DNA of 64,000 bases, from sequence record NC_110934.1; one strand, given 5' to 3'. A program made the translations under genes and the position numbers. The notes under the pieces were generated by a model, which did not search any database, was not told where the DNA came from, and saw nothing but the letters and a program-made list of their open reading frames with translations. Below, piece by piece: positions 52,781 through 63,660 of this stretch. The DNA is from Klebsiella phage KPP2018. Within the stretch, counting starts at the first letter, position 1. Each line of letters opens with the position of its first letter.

Positions 52781-53107
52781 TCATGGGAGACGCCATACGT
52801 AATTAGCTGTCTGTAGGATCTTAGGTGTGTCATTATGATACATTACTACAGACTTTGGTGAATAACTATCAGCTAGTTCTTTACGAATCATCTTACATTC
52901 TTCACCAGTATCGATATTTTTAACTATCACTTTCATATTAAGAGGTGTTAATACAGAAAGTGGTTTCCAAGAGTCCTCAATTTCAATTCCTACCTTTTTC
53001 TCGATTAACATGAGAACTTCTAGTGTATCATCTGGAATACTAATATTATTATTCACAAACTGTAATATCTCATGTAAGGTATTTAATTCATTAAAATTAA
53101 GCTTCAT
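52781..53107 (-). CDS. Duplicate of 23317..23643
   Basis: Identical copy. Confidence 0.5.
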   Translation of the reverse strand: MKLNFNELNTLHEILQFVNNNISIPDDTLEVLMLIEKKVGIEIEDSWKPLSVLTPLNMKVIVKNIDTGEECKMIRKELADSYSPKSVVMYHNDTPKILQTANYVWRLP

Positions 53108-53342
53108 CTTTAAGAATATCCTCTACCATATCACAAGACTGTTGCAATTCATCAGCAATACGTTTAATATCGGTTTTTGTTACTTTACCAACTAACATCA
53201 CCAGTAACATAGAAAAGATAATAAGTGGAACTGGAATAACAAATAAAGCTACTTTAGCTACATTCTTTGGTGCCCATGTGTGGTATTTAGTAACCAGTAC
53301 ACCAACCACAATTAGATAAAACGCTAGAATAAACATCATCAT
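53097..53342 (-). CDS. Duplicate of 23633..23878
   Basis: Identical copy. Confidence 0.5.
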   Translation of the reverse strand: MMMFILAFYLIVVGVLVTKYHTWAPKNVAKVALFVIPVPLIIFSMLLVMLVGKVTKTDIKRIADELQQSCDMVEDILKDEA

Positions 53343-53620
53343 TTTTTAATCTCCGTAATTATCTGTGCGCGCATTACTTTATTAGGTAATTTTGTATTCC
53401 CAGCTATTGCTTCAATATTGTTTAGTTTTTCTTTTAGAATATCTGAGCGTCTTTGTGCTAGTTCAATATCTTGTTCTTGTTCTATTAAGCGGCAGTGAAG
53501 TCCACTATTAGTAGTAAGCATACTCTCCATATTTTTTCGCATGCTTACAATACCAATAATCCCACCAATCGCTGCTAGTGTCATAAGAACTAGTAGTCCA
53601 ATGAGAATTTCAGTTAACAT
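53339..53620 (-). CDS. Duplicate of 23875..24156
   Basis: Identical copy. Confidence 0.5.
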   Translation of the reverse strand: MLTEILIGLLVLMTLAAIGGIIGIVSMRKNMESMLTTNSGLHCRLIEQEQDIELAQRRSDILKEKLNNIEAIAGNTKLPNKVMRAQIITEIKK

Positions 53621-53780
53621 TAAATACTCCTACATTTTTCGTTATCTGGGACTAATTTACACATTTCTACTTTCAGTTCTTTTGCTGAGTTTTCTAGTTT
53701 AGAAACTTTATTGTGAATAAGTCCCAAAAATATCGCTTGGAAAACTACCATTATTGCTACTAATGCTAGTTTATTCTCCA

Positions 53781-54050
53781 TTATTTCTTACCTTTCAGTT
53801 GCTTAACTTCACGCTCAAAAGATGCTGCACGACGTTCAGCAGTTGCCTGGTGCTCTTTCGCAAAACGAGCTTCCTGTTTTGCGAGGTTGAATGCCATAGC
53901 ATTCTTATTCAGAGAATCATACATCTTTTTCATTGCCGGAATAGACATCTTCATGAGCTGACCCTCAAAACCCTGCATGTCGAGGAGAATTGCCAGAACG
54001 TTAGCCATTTCGTTTTTAGTCATGTTTTCCATTAGAATTTCCTCTCTCAT
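53781..54050 (-). CDS. Duplicate of 24317..24586
   Basis: Identical copy. Confidence 0.55.
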   Translation of the reverse strand: MREEILMENMTKNEMANVLAILLDMQGFEGQLMKMSIPAMKKMYDSLNKNAMAFNLAKQEARFAKEHQATAERRAASFEREVKQLKGKK

Positions 54051-54110
54051 TAATTTATGAACTTATTATACAGAATTTTAAGGCTTAAAGCAACTGAATT
54101 TTTTAATTAC

Positions 54111-54542
54111 TTACCAATCGTTAACAACGCCGGAGAACTCAGAAGCAAAAACTTTTTCAAATTTCTCTGCAATTTCAGGATGATCTTTGCAGATCAGCTC
54201 AATACAGGCTTCTGGAGTCATTCCTTCATCTTCAGGATCACCATAGTATTTATCCCAAAGATCATCAGGAATGATATGCTCCGCCAAATCTTGGAAAGAG
54301 ATTAACTGATAACGTTCTGCCTCCTCAGCGATAAGAATTTCGCACAGATCTTTATCTATATCGCTACGATAATCAGCAATTAATAGGGCATTGCAAGCAT
54401 GACATTCCCAGACCATCAAACGTTCAGAGATAGGATTAGACTTATCTTGAACGTAAGACTGGAACAAGGTTCGGAAAGTTGCCTTAACTTGTTCAAACTT
54501 ATCTGCTGCTGCGAAAACTAGAGCTTTATCAACTTTGTTCAT
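54111..54542 (-). CDS. Duplicate of 24647..25078
   Basis: Identical copy. Confidence 0.55.
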   Translation of the reverse strand: MNKVDKALVFAAADKFEQVKATFRTLFQSYVQDKSNPISERLMVWECHACNALLIADYRSDIDKDLCEILIAEEAERYQLISFQDLAEHIIPDDLWDKYYGDPEDEGMTPEACIELICKDHPEIAEKFEKVFASEFSGVVNDW

Positions 54543-54709
54543 TTTGATTCCTTCTCATCAATTTATAAAGTAATTATATAGAAACTTAAGCATTTTAGCA
54601 AATAAAACTTTTAATTAAAATGCCTAATCCTATGCCAATAGCAATACAAATGATTATAAGTATTGCTATCGCTTGTATGATTCGTTTAATAATAGCCTCA
54701 GCTATATAT

Positions 54710-55231
54710 TCAGACATTTAACATCCAGCTAGTTTTATCATGTGAGGTATACTTACCACTCATGATGTCTTCCAGACGTACTGGTGATTTTGCATACTCG
54801 ACACAAACGTTAATATAACGGGGATCCCCCATTAGCTCAAAGTGAGTATGCCCATGTAAGTTCTTCTTACCTCTCAGCTCCCCATGGTGTATTGGAGCAT
54901 GGGAAAGCCAGAAGTTTTTATACTTAACTAGTGATTGTACATTATCTACAATCCCTATTAAGTCTTTGAAAGATAATCCTTCTCGTTCTAAGTCGTGGTT
55001 TCCCAAAACTAACGTAGTTCTAACATTGCCAAAGAGTTTTTCGAACTTCTCCAAACCATTTCTAGATACAAATGCGTCTCCTAAAATATAGAATACTGTA
55101 CGCTTATCTTTCACGGATGTAATAGTATCCATAATAAATTCGTCATGCTCTTCCATAGTAGAGAAGATTGGTCTGAATTTAGTAATATTTGCATGCCCCA
55201 AGTGGAGGTCACTCCAAAAGCGAACTTTCAT
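54710..55231 (-). CDS. Duplicate of metallophosphoesterase 25246..25767
   Basis: Identical copy. Confidence 0.7.
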   Translation of the reverse strand: MKVRFWSDLHLGHANITKFRPIFSTMEEHDEFIMDTITSVKDKRTVFYILGDAFVSRNGLEKFEKLFGNVRTTLVLGNHDLEREGLSFKDLIGIVDNVQSLVKYKNFWLSHAPIHHGELRGKKNLHGHTHFELMGDPRYINVCVEYAKSPVRLEDIMSGKYTSHDKTSWMLNV

Positions 55232-56106
55232 TAAAGAACCCTCTGTACACCACAGCTATCTTCCCGGAGTGTAGTAAATGTGGTGATTTTACCCGTTTCA
55301 TCGTTAACTTGCGCAACCGTCAACTGCCCGTTGAAAACACCGCCAGTATCAAGATAAACACGGTTTTTATAAAGAAGTGGGTAAGGAACCCCAGTATGTC
55401 CGTGAAACACGAAATCTACACCTTTAACTTCTGGCACTTCTACCATGTATTTTTCTTTAAATCCTGCATAACGCTGGAAGTACGGGTGTTCCTCACCATT
55501 TTTGGACAAGTAGAAGCCTATTTCTTGGACTACATCTCGATCCCATAAATATGGTTCAATATGGTATCCAGGATGGTCATGTGGGTCTTCCTTAGCTGCT
55601 TCTACTTGTGCAATAAGATTATCCCATACTGGGGTTTCTACTTCATTACCACATTCTTTGTACGTAAAAGGTACGCCACCGTGAACAACACCATACTTCT
55701 TACCACGATGTCTAACAGTTAAGAATACTGGCATTTTTTCAGCCATATCTTCGGCAATATTTTTAATGGTGTCTGCATCCAGCTCATCCATGGCCCACAT
55801 ACCACCGTTATACATCCAATTAGCCCAATCTCCTGCAATCATAAATTGGTCATGATTACCACGGACACTGATAAAATGTGGATTATACAGGAATTTGGCT
55901 AAAACTTGTAGGTTTTGTGTGCCTCGGTCAATTAAGTCACCAACACATACTAAGCAATCTTTTTTGCCATTATACCTTGCTAATTTCAACGCATCTTCTA
56001 GCAAATCATTGCATCCATGAATATCACCAACGAAAAATAAGTTGGCGTCATCAGGCACTACTAGAGTTTTATGTACATTAAATTCTTTTTTCATAATTAT
56101 TCCCAA
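55231..56106 (-). CDS. Duplicate of Ser/Thr protein phosphatase 25767..26642
   Basis: Identical copy. Confidence 0.8.
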   Translation of the reverse strand: MGIIMKKEFNVHKTLVVPDDANLFFVGDIHGCNDLLEDALKLARYNGKKDCLVCVGDLIDRGTQNLQVLAKFLYNPHFISVRGNHDQFMIAGDWANWMYNGGMWAMDELDADTIKNIAEDMAEKMPVFLTVRHRGKKYGVVHGGVPFTYKECGNEVETPVWDNLIAQVEAAKEDPHDHPGYHIEPYLWDRDVVQEIGFYLSKNGEEHPYFQRYAGFKEKYMVEVPEVKGVDFVFHGHTGVPYPLLYKNRVYLDTGGVFNGQLTVAQVNDETGKITTFTTLREDSCGVQRVL

Positions 56107-56342
56107 ATAACAGTTAAAATAGTTGTGCCATAATCATTAGATAGTTGGAGAGTATAACCCTCTTTATAGAGGGCTTTTATAGCTTCATAACTAATTTCAT
56201 CACGATTAAACTGTACAAAAGAACCTCCAATCTCCACGGAAGAAACTATTCTCTTTTTAACGTATTTATATGGTTTCTTTCTACTCTTAAGGAGTGTAGC
56301 TCTATTTATTCTAGCTAAACGTTTTGCTTGTTCCGCTAACAT
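56097..56342 (-). CDS. Duplicate of 26633..26878
   Basis: Identical copy. Confidence 0.5.
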   Translation of the reverse strand: MLAEQAKRLARINRATLLKSRKKPYKYVKKRIVSSVEIGGSFVQFNRDEISYEAIKALYKEGYTLQLSNDYGTTILTVIWE

Positions 56343-56346
56343 TTAA

Positions 56347-56724
56347 TTATCTCCAGTGATTAGTATGCTTCTCAGCTTCCTCATCGTTAGGCTCAAAGAC
56401 AACATGGCAGTCAACTGCTTCCCAAAAAGCCTCACGGATTAAAGAGTTTTTAGCTGAAATGTCTAATTCTCCCCACTCTTCTAAAGTCTCTAGGTCTGTA
56501 TCAACTTCGGTATCACAGCCAACCAACCCCAAAGAAACAACAATAGTAACGCGATCTTCACGTTGTTCGGGATAAACATCAGCATATTCCCAAGCAGCTT
56601 CTTCAACATAATATTGTTGTTCCTTTTCTGGAAGTGACTTATACTTTTCTTCTGTAATACCCATCTCAACGGCGCGAGTACCACATACTACATTATTATT
56701 AATAATTAGATATGCATAGTTCAT
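56347..56724 (-). CDS. Duplicate of 26883..27260
   Basis: Identical copy. Confidence 0.5.
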   Translation of the reverse strand: MNYAYLIINNNVVCGTRAVEMGITEEKYKSLPEKEQQYYVEEAAWEYADVYPEQREDRVTIVVSLGLVGCDTEVDTDLETLEEWGELDISAKNSLIREAFWEAVDCHVVFEPNDEEAEKHTNHWR

Positions 56725-56903
56725 CGTAATACTCCTATTTCTTGAAGGGCAAAGAAAGCCATTAATATGACTAAAATCCATACAAAGATATGTGACATAA
56801 TCATATTAATGTCTCTCATCAATTTATATAAGTATTATACCAAAATTTTTAGCAAAAAGCAAGTAAAATAAAAGCCTGATCAGCTAAGATCAGGCTTTGT
56901 TTA

Positions 56904-57194
56904 TTAGTCCTCTGGATTATCATCCAGGAAATTTTTAATAGCTTCGTGCATAGTTTCTTTACGAAGCTGACGTCCAATCAGAATATGATTAGCTTCTATT
57001 CGACCATTAGGTAAGCGATCCGCCAGAACTACTACAGGAACTTGGCGCACACCAAATTTCTGCATTAATTCTGTATTATCAGTCTCTTTATGGATTTCCA
57101 AATTATAGTCATTGACTACTTTATCAAATACTGGCTCAAACATTTTGCAAGGGTTGCAAGTAGAACCTTTCAATAGATATACTAATTTACTCAT
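56904..57194 (-). CDS. Duplicate of thioredoxin-fold protein 27440..27730
   Basis: Identical copy. Confidence 0.55.
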   Translation of the reverse strand: MSKLVYLLKGSTCNPCKMFEPVFDKVVNDYNLEIHKETDNTELMQKFGVRQVPVVVLADRLPNGRIEANHILIGRQLRKETMHEAIKNFLDDNPED

Positions 57195-57618
57195 AGTTAT
57201 TAATGGCCTCTAAGAAGTTTCTCATAGTTTTTACGGTTGCAGTGCTTAGATCAAGATTTACACCCAAACACTCGGTTAATGCCTCCTGATAAGGAGCCTT
57301 CAATCTGCCTTCTGGGACTTCTACCTTTTTATACTCTTTATTTTTGACCTTTTTAATCATAGTCTCTAGTACAAGAAGCGGTAATTTAGCACCTTCAATA
57401 TCAGTACCCAAAAGTTCAGTTAAAATTTTATTAAGATCAAGACGAGTTAACTTTTTGCCCTTAGACATAGATGCACCTACCTTTGTATCAATAGATTTTT
57501 CCGCTTTCTTTTCGAGCTTTTTGTACTCAGGAGAGTCATGATCACGGAGTGCAATGTTTAGCTCGTAATGTGGTATACGAAAATGTTCCGCCATTTGAGT
57601 ATAGAAACGATCAGACAT
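57187..57618 (-). CDS. Duplicate of 27723..28154
   Basis: Identical copy. Confidence 0.55.
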   Translation of the reverse strand: MSDRFYTQMAEHFRIPHYELNIALRDHDSPEYKKLEKKAEKSIDTKVGASMSKGKKLTRLDLNKILTELLGTDIEGAKLPLLVLETMIKKVKNKEYKKVEVPEGRLKAPYQEALTECLGVNLDLSTATVKTMRNFLEAINNYE

Positions 57619-57693
57619 AATATATACCTCTCTTAACTAATTTATGTATATATTATATAATAACTAGGGCTAAAAGTCAACTACTTTTTTATC

Positions 57694-58110
57694 TTAATCT
57701 ACTACATGTATAAATCTTTTCCTAACTAGATACATAGTTATTGGGTAAATTGAGTACATAAGTATCGGGGAGAAAAGGGTGAAATACGCTGTAACTCCCC
57801 CAGCTAACATCAAAGGTATTAATGCTAGAGTAAGGGCCATAAGAATCATACCGAATGAAACAGCCAAAGCTATGGATATAGGATTCTCTAGTTCCATCCA
57901 TAACCAACAATATTTCGTATCTCTATGGCAATTGCATTTACAAACGCCGAATGAACCCATAATTATATACTCTAGTCCGTGAATAACCTTTATTAATAAG
58001 CTATTTCGGGTAGTTAATGCAAGGATAGTAAAGACTATCATTAAAACGAATACTACTAGACTTATTTTCCAGATACCTAGCAGCATCATAGTGAATAGTT
58101 CTGCAAACAT
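57694..58110 (-). CDS. Duplicate of membrane protein 28230..28646
   Basis: Identical copy. Confidence 0.55.
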   Translation of the reverse strand: MFAELFTMMLLGIWKISLVVFVLMIVFTILALTTRNSLLIKVIHGLEYIIMGSFGVCKCNCHRDTKYCWLWMELENPISIALAVSFGMILMALTLALIPLMLAGGVTAYFTLFSPILMYSIYPITMYLVRKRFIHVVD

Positions 58111-58187
58111 GGCTTTCTCCTATCTTCAAAAATTATTAAAGCCCCCTTTGCCTAAAAAGGCGGGAATACTCCCGCCTCAGTTATTAA

Positions 58188-58601
58188 TTAAACTAGTTCG
58201 ACATGACCGCCATCATAGGTACCACGTTTTATTTCATCGTGATAATCTCCCGAAGCATTCCAATCAGCACCAAAGCGAAGTTTAATGCCTAGTTCTTTAC
58301 CGGCTTGTTCAAAAGCCTTTTTAACTGCCCAAAATGCTTCTAAATCATTCCAATCAATTTTGCCATTAATGTATGGAGCAAAATCAAGGGCATCCCCAGT
58401 AATATGCTTGCTTTTACTAGGATCTTTTAAAAATGAAGTACCATTAGCAATATTCTGGGCACTTTGTGCTACTGTACGAATACCCTGTACGATCGTGAAA
58501 TCATATGGAGATAATTCTAAAGCTCTACGAGCTACTTTTTGTAGCTCTGGCTTAACGGTAGCTAATTGTTTTTCGCTATTTTTACCAAATTTAAAACTCA
58601 T
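58188..58601 (-). CDS. lys: Duplicate of endolysin 28724..29137
   Basis: Identical copy. Confidence 0.8.
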   Translation of the reverse strand: MSFKFGKNSEKQLATVKPELQKVARRALELSPYDFTIVQGIRTVAQSAQNIANGTSFLKDPSKSKHITGDALDFAPYINGKIDWNDLEAFWAVKKAFEQAGKELGIKLRFGADWNASGDYHDEIKRGTYDGGHVELV

Positions 58602-59254
58602 ATTGATCTACCTAAAGATCTCTGTTGTGGGGAACAGAGCTTTGTTAAATACTCGTTAAATTTCTCAGAATCGGCTGCATCTACAGGATTATCTTTCCAA
58701 GCAATACCAATATATCCAGCATAGATATTGTTTAGATTGAAATACGGACAAGTGTATATGTAATTAAAAGTAACGTTCTTAAACGCAGGTATATTTAACC
58801 CCATGTATTTATTTACTTTTACACTTAAATCCGATGCGTAGTTAAAGCCTTCCAAGTGACGTCTATATAGCTCAGACGTTTTATTTACCGCTTTATCGGC
58901 CAAGTCAGCCCTATCTAATTGCGCATTGCTTTCCCATGCAATAATGTTAGAATAATCATTAATGGCATCGGGTTTATACTTGACGACAAAAACAGCATCC
59001 GCACCCGTTTGGGAGAAAAGCACCATGCTCTTCTCTCTAGCTACATTAGGAAAGTTATCTATCCTTTGAGTTTGAACATCCTGTAGAACCGCAGACGTGG
59101 AGAAAGTCTTTAAGAATGACATCACCTCGCTAGTATTACTAACAAATAAGAAAATAATGACAGCAACTAAGATAGTTAGCAGACGTTTAAGAAGCGATGC
59201 TGGATCTTTCGCTTCTTGGAGCAGTACCGTTAATAATTGTAAGAACTTTTCCAA
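58598..59254 (-). CDS. hol: Duplicate of holin 29134..29790
   Basis: Identical copy. Confidence 0.65.
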   Translation of the reverse strand: MEKFLQLLTVLLQEAKDPASLLKRLLTILVAVIIFLFVSNTSEVMSFLKTFSTSAVLQDVQTQRIDNFPNVAREKSMVLFSQTGADAVFVVKYKPDAINDYSNIIAWESNAQLDRADLADKAVNKTSELYRRHLEGFNYASDLSVKVNKYMGLNIPAFKNVTFNYIYTCPYFNLNNIYAGYIGIAWKDNPVDAADSEKFNEYLTKLCSPQQRSLGRSI

Positions 59255-59410
59255 TTGTAACCTCCTCTAACCAGTACCATTATACTAATTTTGGAGGAAA
59301 ATTACAATGTGTTTTTAAAGATCACTTCTGGAGCATAAAATTTTGTCGTTGTCAAGAAGAATTTTAGATAAAAGAAAAGCCAGGGTCGTTAAACCCTGGC
59401 TTAAAACTAC

Positions 59411-60010
59411 TTACTCTTCGTTGTGCTCCTCGAATTGAGGTAACTGGGCTTTATTATATTGCTCAGATCGATATTTTGCCAAGATTTCAATACGCTTATG
59501 GATTTCTTTGCTATCTAGATAGATATTTTTGTTGTCTTTTACCATCTCGTCGATTTCATCTATTGAGAAGAATGGATAGTAGACATCTAGCATCATATCT
59601 TCTACGAACTTGTTGTAAGATTCATAGGCTTTCTTGATTTCTTGACCTTTCTCACAGAATCCGCCAGAGAACGTGTGTCCCATTAACGTAGCATGTGGAT
59701 GTACTACCCATCCATGACAGGATAGGAAAATTGTGCAGTAAGCAGAAGCACTAGGACCAATCAGATGTCCTATAACTGTTCCACGGCAATTAGCAATTAA
59801 GTTAGATAACTGTGCAGCAGTATCAACATAACCACCCGGGCCATTAATCATCAGATTAATTTCGTCGTCCTCATTTGCCTGCATAAGTACCATTGATAAA
59901 TCACGGTATTCATCCGGCGGGCCTAATTCTTCATCAAAGAAAAAGGTATACTCATTAGATTGGCGAATGGAGTGAAACAGGTTAGTCTTTTCTTCTTTTT
60001 TATTAGTCAT
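59411..60010 (-). CDS. Duplicate of ClpP-like protein 29947..30546
   Basis: Identical copy. Confidence 0.5.
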   Translation of the reverse strand: MTNKKEEKTNLFHSIRQSNEYTFFFDEELGPPDEYRDLSMVLMQANEDDEINLMINGPGGYVDTAAQLSNLIANCRGTVIGHLIGPSASAYCTIFLSCHGWVVHPHATLMGHTFSGGFCEKGQEIKKAYESYNKFVEDMMLDVYYPFFSIDEIDEMVKDNKNIYLDSKEIHKRIEILAKYRSEQYNKAQLPQFEEHNEE

Positions 60011-60022
60011 AGCGATCCTTGA

Positions 60023-60775
60023 TTATCCAACTAGTGGTTCTAGCTCTAAGTCACAGAAGTTATAAACTTCTAGTTTAAGGTTATTGATACCATCGAATTT
60101 ATTAACTAATTCGTGAGTAATATATTTTGCAGGAATACCACTTTCAGATGGATGATCTGATTTAATAGTGAACTTCTGCTCAGCGGGTACTACATTTACT
60201 ATCAAAGAATCCATATCTAAATGGTTTGTTTCTCTGAGTAGCTCTCCTTCATTGGGGAATCTAACATCTGTTATTACGGCGACGTCTGGGTCGTCTTTAG
60301 CGATGGATTGCTCCAGAATTATGAGCCAAATGCGTTCATGCACCAGCTGCCTTCCTAGCTCTGTTCCTACGAGCTGTAACATTTTTCTCGGAGAAATAAA
60401 TAAACTATAAAGACCATCTTCTTTACTCCCTGAGATAAGTTGTTGAGGATTAAGATATTTTTCCTCAAAAATAGGCCAAACGTACGAGAAGTCTTCAAAC
60501 TTATCGATACCATACTTAAACCACACATCCCTGGCTCGCTCCAATTGAGATTGTGTGACCGTAAACCATTGGTCAATCTCTTTTCCCCTGCGCTCTCCTA
60601 GAAACTCTGGAGTTACACCGAGGATTACGGATGCAAGTTCATAAACGGGCTTAGCAAAACTGTAACGACAGGGTAAACACATTGGATACGTGTCATTACA
60701 CCAATCAATAATTAATTTTGCAACGGTATCTTTTCCCGAACCAGCTTCACCATGTAAACCGACTAATACTGACAT
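60023..60775 (-). CDS. dnk: Duplicate of dNMP kinase 30559..31311
   Basis: Identical copy. Confidence 0.7.
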   Translation of the reverse strand: MSVLVGLHGEAGSGKDTVAKLIIDWCNDTYPMCLPCRYSFAKPVYELASVILGVTPEFLGERRGKEIDQWFTVTQSQLERARDVWFKYGIDKFEDFSYVWPIFEEKYLNPQQLISGSKEDGLYSLFISPRKMLQLVGTELGRQLVHERIWLIILEQSIAKDDPDVAVITDVRFPNEGELLRETNHLDMDSLIVNVVPAEQKFTIKSDHPSESGIPAKYITHELVNKFDGINNLKLEVYNFCDLELEPLVG

Positions 60776-61128
60776 TAATCTTTCCTATTTGTAATGGGTG
60801 GATAGTAAACTAAGCAACGTTTTTCTTGTAAATCTTGACGATAGAAGCAAACCATACCAGTCAGTCGTGAAATGTAAGAGTAAACTGCTTCCTCACATTT
60901 TGCTTTTGCATTCCAATCTTTGTATGGTATAACAACTACTACGCCATCTTCTCCATTTGTAGCTAATTTCTTTTCAAACCTAAAGTTAAAGCTACAAGGT
61001 TGAAGTCCTTTAGGCCAGTCTACATGAGCTTGCTTTAACTCATGAGATGGCTCTGGTTTTATTTCTTCTGCACAGCCTGTGATCGTGATTGTGGCTGCGA
61101 GCAGTACTCCAAGTTTCCAGTTAAACAC
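60775..61128 (-). CDS. Duplicate of o-spanin-like lipoprotein 31311..31664
   Basis: Identical copy. Confidence 0.5.
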   Translation of the reverse strand: MFNWKLGVLLAATITITGCAEEIKPEPSHELKQAHVDWPKGLQPCSFNFRFEKKLATNGEDGVVVVIPYKDWNAKAKCEEAVYSYISRLTGMVCFYRQDLQEKRCLVYYPPITNRKD

Positions 61129-61508
61129 GCTAATCTTTCCTCGAACTCTTTATTCTGCTTTTTAGCAATTAATGTTACCAATCCAGGCTTTGCAGCGATA
61201 ACATCTTGACGACTAAGAGCTTTATCTAGCTGCTTAATCTTTTTGTCTAGATCTGCTTGCGAAATATTATTCATTGTGAAATACTGATTCATTCTAGTCT
61301 CACGAAGTTCGCTTTCAGCTTTCACCTTATTAAGGGAAGTCTCTAGAGAGGAAATCTTTTTAGTAGCTACCGCAAGATCTCCCGCTAAAGTCTCCACTTT
61401 ATCTACTAAGTGATAAGCACCGAACCCGATGCCTATCGCTAGACCTGCTCCCAGGATATACCACTTACCGTGCCATATTCCTGAAAGAAGTTTTTGTATC
61501 AAATCCAT
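61059..61508 (-). CDS. Duplicate of i-spanin-like protein 31595..32044
   Basis: Identical copy. Confidence 0.5.
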   Translation of the reverse strand: MDLIQKLLSGIWHGKWYILGAGLAIGIGFGAYHLVDKVETLAGDLAVATKKISSLETSLNKVKAESELRETRMNQYFTMNNISQADLDKKIKQLDKALSRQDVIAAKPGLVTLIAKKQNKEFEERLACLTGNLEYCSQPQSRSQAVQKK

Positions 61509-62163
61509 GCGCTGCTAACCTGTCTTTATCTGATACTTTAATCATATCAGGCTCACCAGTTCCTAGTACACCAAAGATATACTGTTCGAGAACTTGGTGT
61601 AAACGGTATAAGTTACTTTCAATTTCCTGCCACGGAATACCTGACTGATGGAAACGAATGTTAGTCTGAATCACGAAGTTACGAACATCATCGTTATCGT
61701 TCTTTTTAATACCTTTCACATATGCAATCGGTACACGCAGTTCGGATAAGATACGTTCTGCTTTAGGTTTTGCTTCAGCGAGCAAATCACGCATTGTTTC
61801 ACGAACATCTCCACGACTCTTATCCATTAAGTAAGAGCGAGCATGCAATCCCATCTCTTCCATTTTATCGAACATAGTGTCGAGATTAAACGTTTTGAAG
61901 CTAAATGCTGGATGCCAGCAGTACAGCTCGTGTAACCAGTAAACTTCACCTGCAACAAATAGTGGGTTTACAAAATATTCGAAATCACCACGAAAAGATA
62001 GCGAGCCATCACGAAATACCTGGCGAGTATGCACAATGTTCTTTTCTGCATCATCGGTTACTTTAACCAGCAACTCTTCAGTTTTACGCTCCCAAACACG
62101 ATCTGGGTCGAACAAACTGTTTTGCAAATCATACACATCGGCGAACTTAGAAATAATCCTCAT
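61465..62163 (-). CDS. Duplicate of 32001..32699
   Basis: Identical copy. Confidence 0.6.
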   Translation of the reverse strand: MRIISKFADVYDLQNSLFDPDRVWERKTEELLVKVTDDAEKNIVHTRQVFRDGSLSFRGDFEYFVNPLFVAGEVYWLHELYCWHPAFSFKTFNLDTMFDKMEEMGLHARSYLMDKSRGDVRETMRDLLAEAKPKAERILSELRVPIAYVKGIKKNDNDDVRNFVIQTNIRFHQSGIPWQEIESNLYRLHQVLEQYIFGVLGTGEPDMIKVSDKDRLAAHGFDTKTSFRNMAR

Positions 62164-62317
62164 ATTTAATCCTCTTGCCTCAATCTATAAACATATTATA
62201 CAAAAGTTTGGGCATCTAAGCAACTAAAATTTTATTATAAAAATAGCCCAGTCGCAAAAGTGCAGGCTGGGCTTTGTCATTATTTGCTTTTGCTAGTAAG
62301 TTGATTTAGTATCAATC

Positions 62318-62698
62318 TTATGTAATATTAGTTTCTCTAGCTTTGCGTAGTACCCCTGCATTTCTCCACAATTTGATGTCAGCAACTGTTTCTTTATATG
62401 GAGCAATGGTAGAACCAATTGGGCCAGCAACTAATAGTCCAAAGAACCCTACAATACGCATGTAGAACAAGCATTCTTTGGCTGTCATATTATTTACTGC
62501 TTTTTTCTGCTTTTCATCTTTAAACTTCTGTTCTTGATCATCAATATGTAGATACTTAACAAACCATTCAGCAGAATATTCATCCAAATGTCTAATAATA
62601 GCTATCGCATATCCAGCACCGATTAAAAACCAGGTTGTAACAAGAATTAGTAATATAGTCATATTATCTCCAGTTAGGGCTAGCAGCCATCTCACCAC
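62318..62698 (-). CDS. Duplicate of 32854..33234
   Basis: Identical copy. Confidence 0.55.
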   Translation of the reverse strand: MVRWLLALTGDNMTILLILVTTWFLIGAGYAIAIIRHLDEYSAEWFVKYLHIDDQEQKFKDEKQKKAVNNMTAKECLFYMRIVGFFGLLVAGPIGSTIAPYKETVADIKLWRNAGVLRKARETNIT

Positions 62699-62772
62699 TT
62701 ACCGCACTAAGGGGCACGACTCCCTTATCCGTAACAGTTGCAGGTGACGCAACTCGGTCCTACGCGAGTTCT

Positions 62773-63057
62773 TTAGGTATTCTGCATTTCAGCTTTAAAT
62801 TTTTTCATATTACGAGTTTTTCTATAAAAGAAAAACACAGATGTTGGGCCTAGAAGAATATCCACAATAAATATCATAGATCTAGCACATCTGAGTAATG
62901 TTTTATCATCAAGAGGAGGCAGATCTAACGGTCGAGTTTTATGTATAACGTATAATATTACATCTTTATTCTTAGAAATATACAGATCATCAACCAAGCT
63001 GTAAATAGCTACTATAGATCCAATGATGAACCAAAGAGCAAATGGAGAGATAATCAT
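62773..63057 (-). CDS. Duplicate of 33309..33593
   Basis: Identical copy. Confidence 0.5.
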   Translation of the reverse strand: MIISPFALWFIIGSIVAIYSLVDDLYISKNKDVILYVIHKTRPLDLPPLDDKTLLRCARSMIFIVDILLGPTSVFFFYRKTRNMKKFKAEMQNT

Positions 63058-63392
63058 TTCAGATCCTTTTCATTAATTAGAATATTAGTAAACAGTGGAG
63101 TAACTCCTAGACTCATAGTAGGTCCAAACATATTCATGGCTACCCACAATTGCATAGTGATCATCCCATCTTTAATCTCTGGATCTTTATATTCTTCGAT
63201 ACGTTTTTTAGCAAAGGCAATTACATCTGGAGTACTACCGTTCTTTACAACATGATCATGCCAAAACTGGGTATTCTCACTACGTAGGAATGTTAAAACA
63301 TCCTTAGTTGCTGGAATCTGCACTGTGCTATTGATGTTTAGTCTTTTCACGTTCTTTTCCATGTTACTCTTCTCCTTCAAAGTCGCAATCAT
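63054..63392 (-). CDS. Duplicate of 33590..33928
   Basis: Identical copy. Confidence 0.55.
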   Translation of the reverse strand: MIATLKEKSNMEKNVKRLNINSTVQIPATKDVLTFLRSENTQFWHDHVVKNGSTPDVIAFAKKRIEEYKDPEIKDGMITMQLWVAMNMFGPTMSLGVTPLFTNILINEKDLK

Positions 63393-63660
63393 AACGACAA
63401 GTAAAAGAACTGGAGCTATTAGTACGTTGGGTGGTTATTTCACCGCGTTTGCTAATAGTAACGGCTGGAGTAGAGAAGTTTTTATTAGTATAGATTTCTA
63501 CTTTACCATTACGTTCTTTAACATCACGAACTTTACCATACTCGGTAATAATGCCGTTCTGTTGGACTTTAACACTGCCATTTTTCATAGAAACTTTGGT
63601 AGATGCCAGAGAACCGAAACTAACTGCGGAGATCATCAGTGCAATAATAAACTTATTCAT
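63364..63660 (-). CDS. Duplicate of secreted protein 33900..34196
   Basis: Identical copy. Confidence 0.5.
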   Translation of the reverse strand: MNKFIIALMISAVSFGSLASTKVSMKNGSVKVQQNGIITEYGKVRDVKERNGKVEIYTNKNFSTPAVTISKRGEITTQRTNSSSSFTCRYDCDFEGEE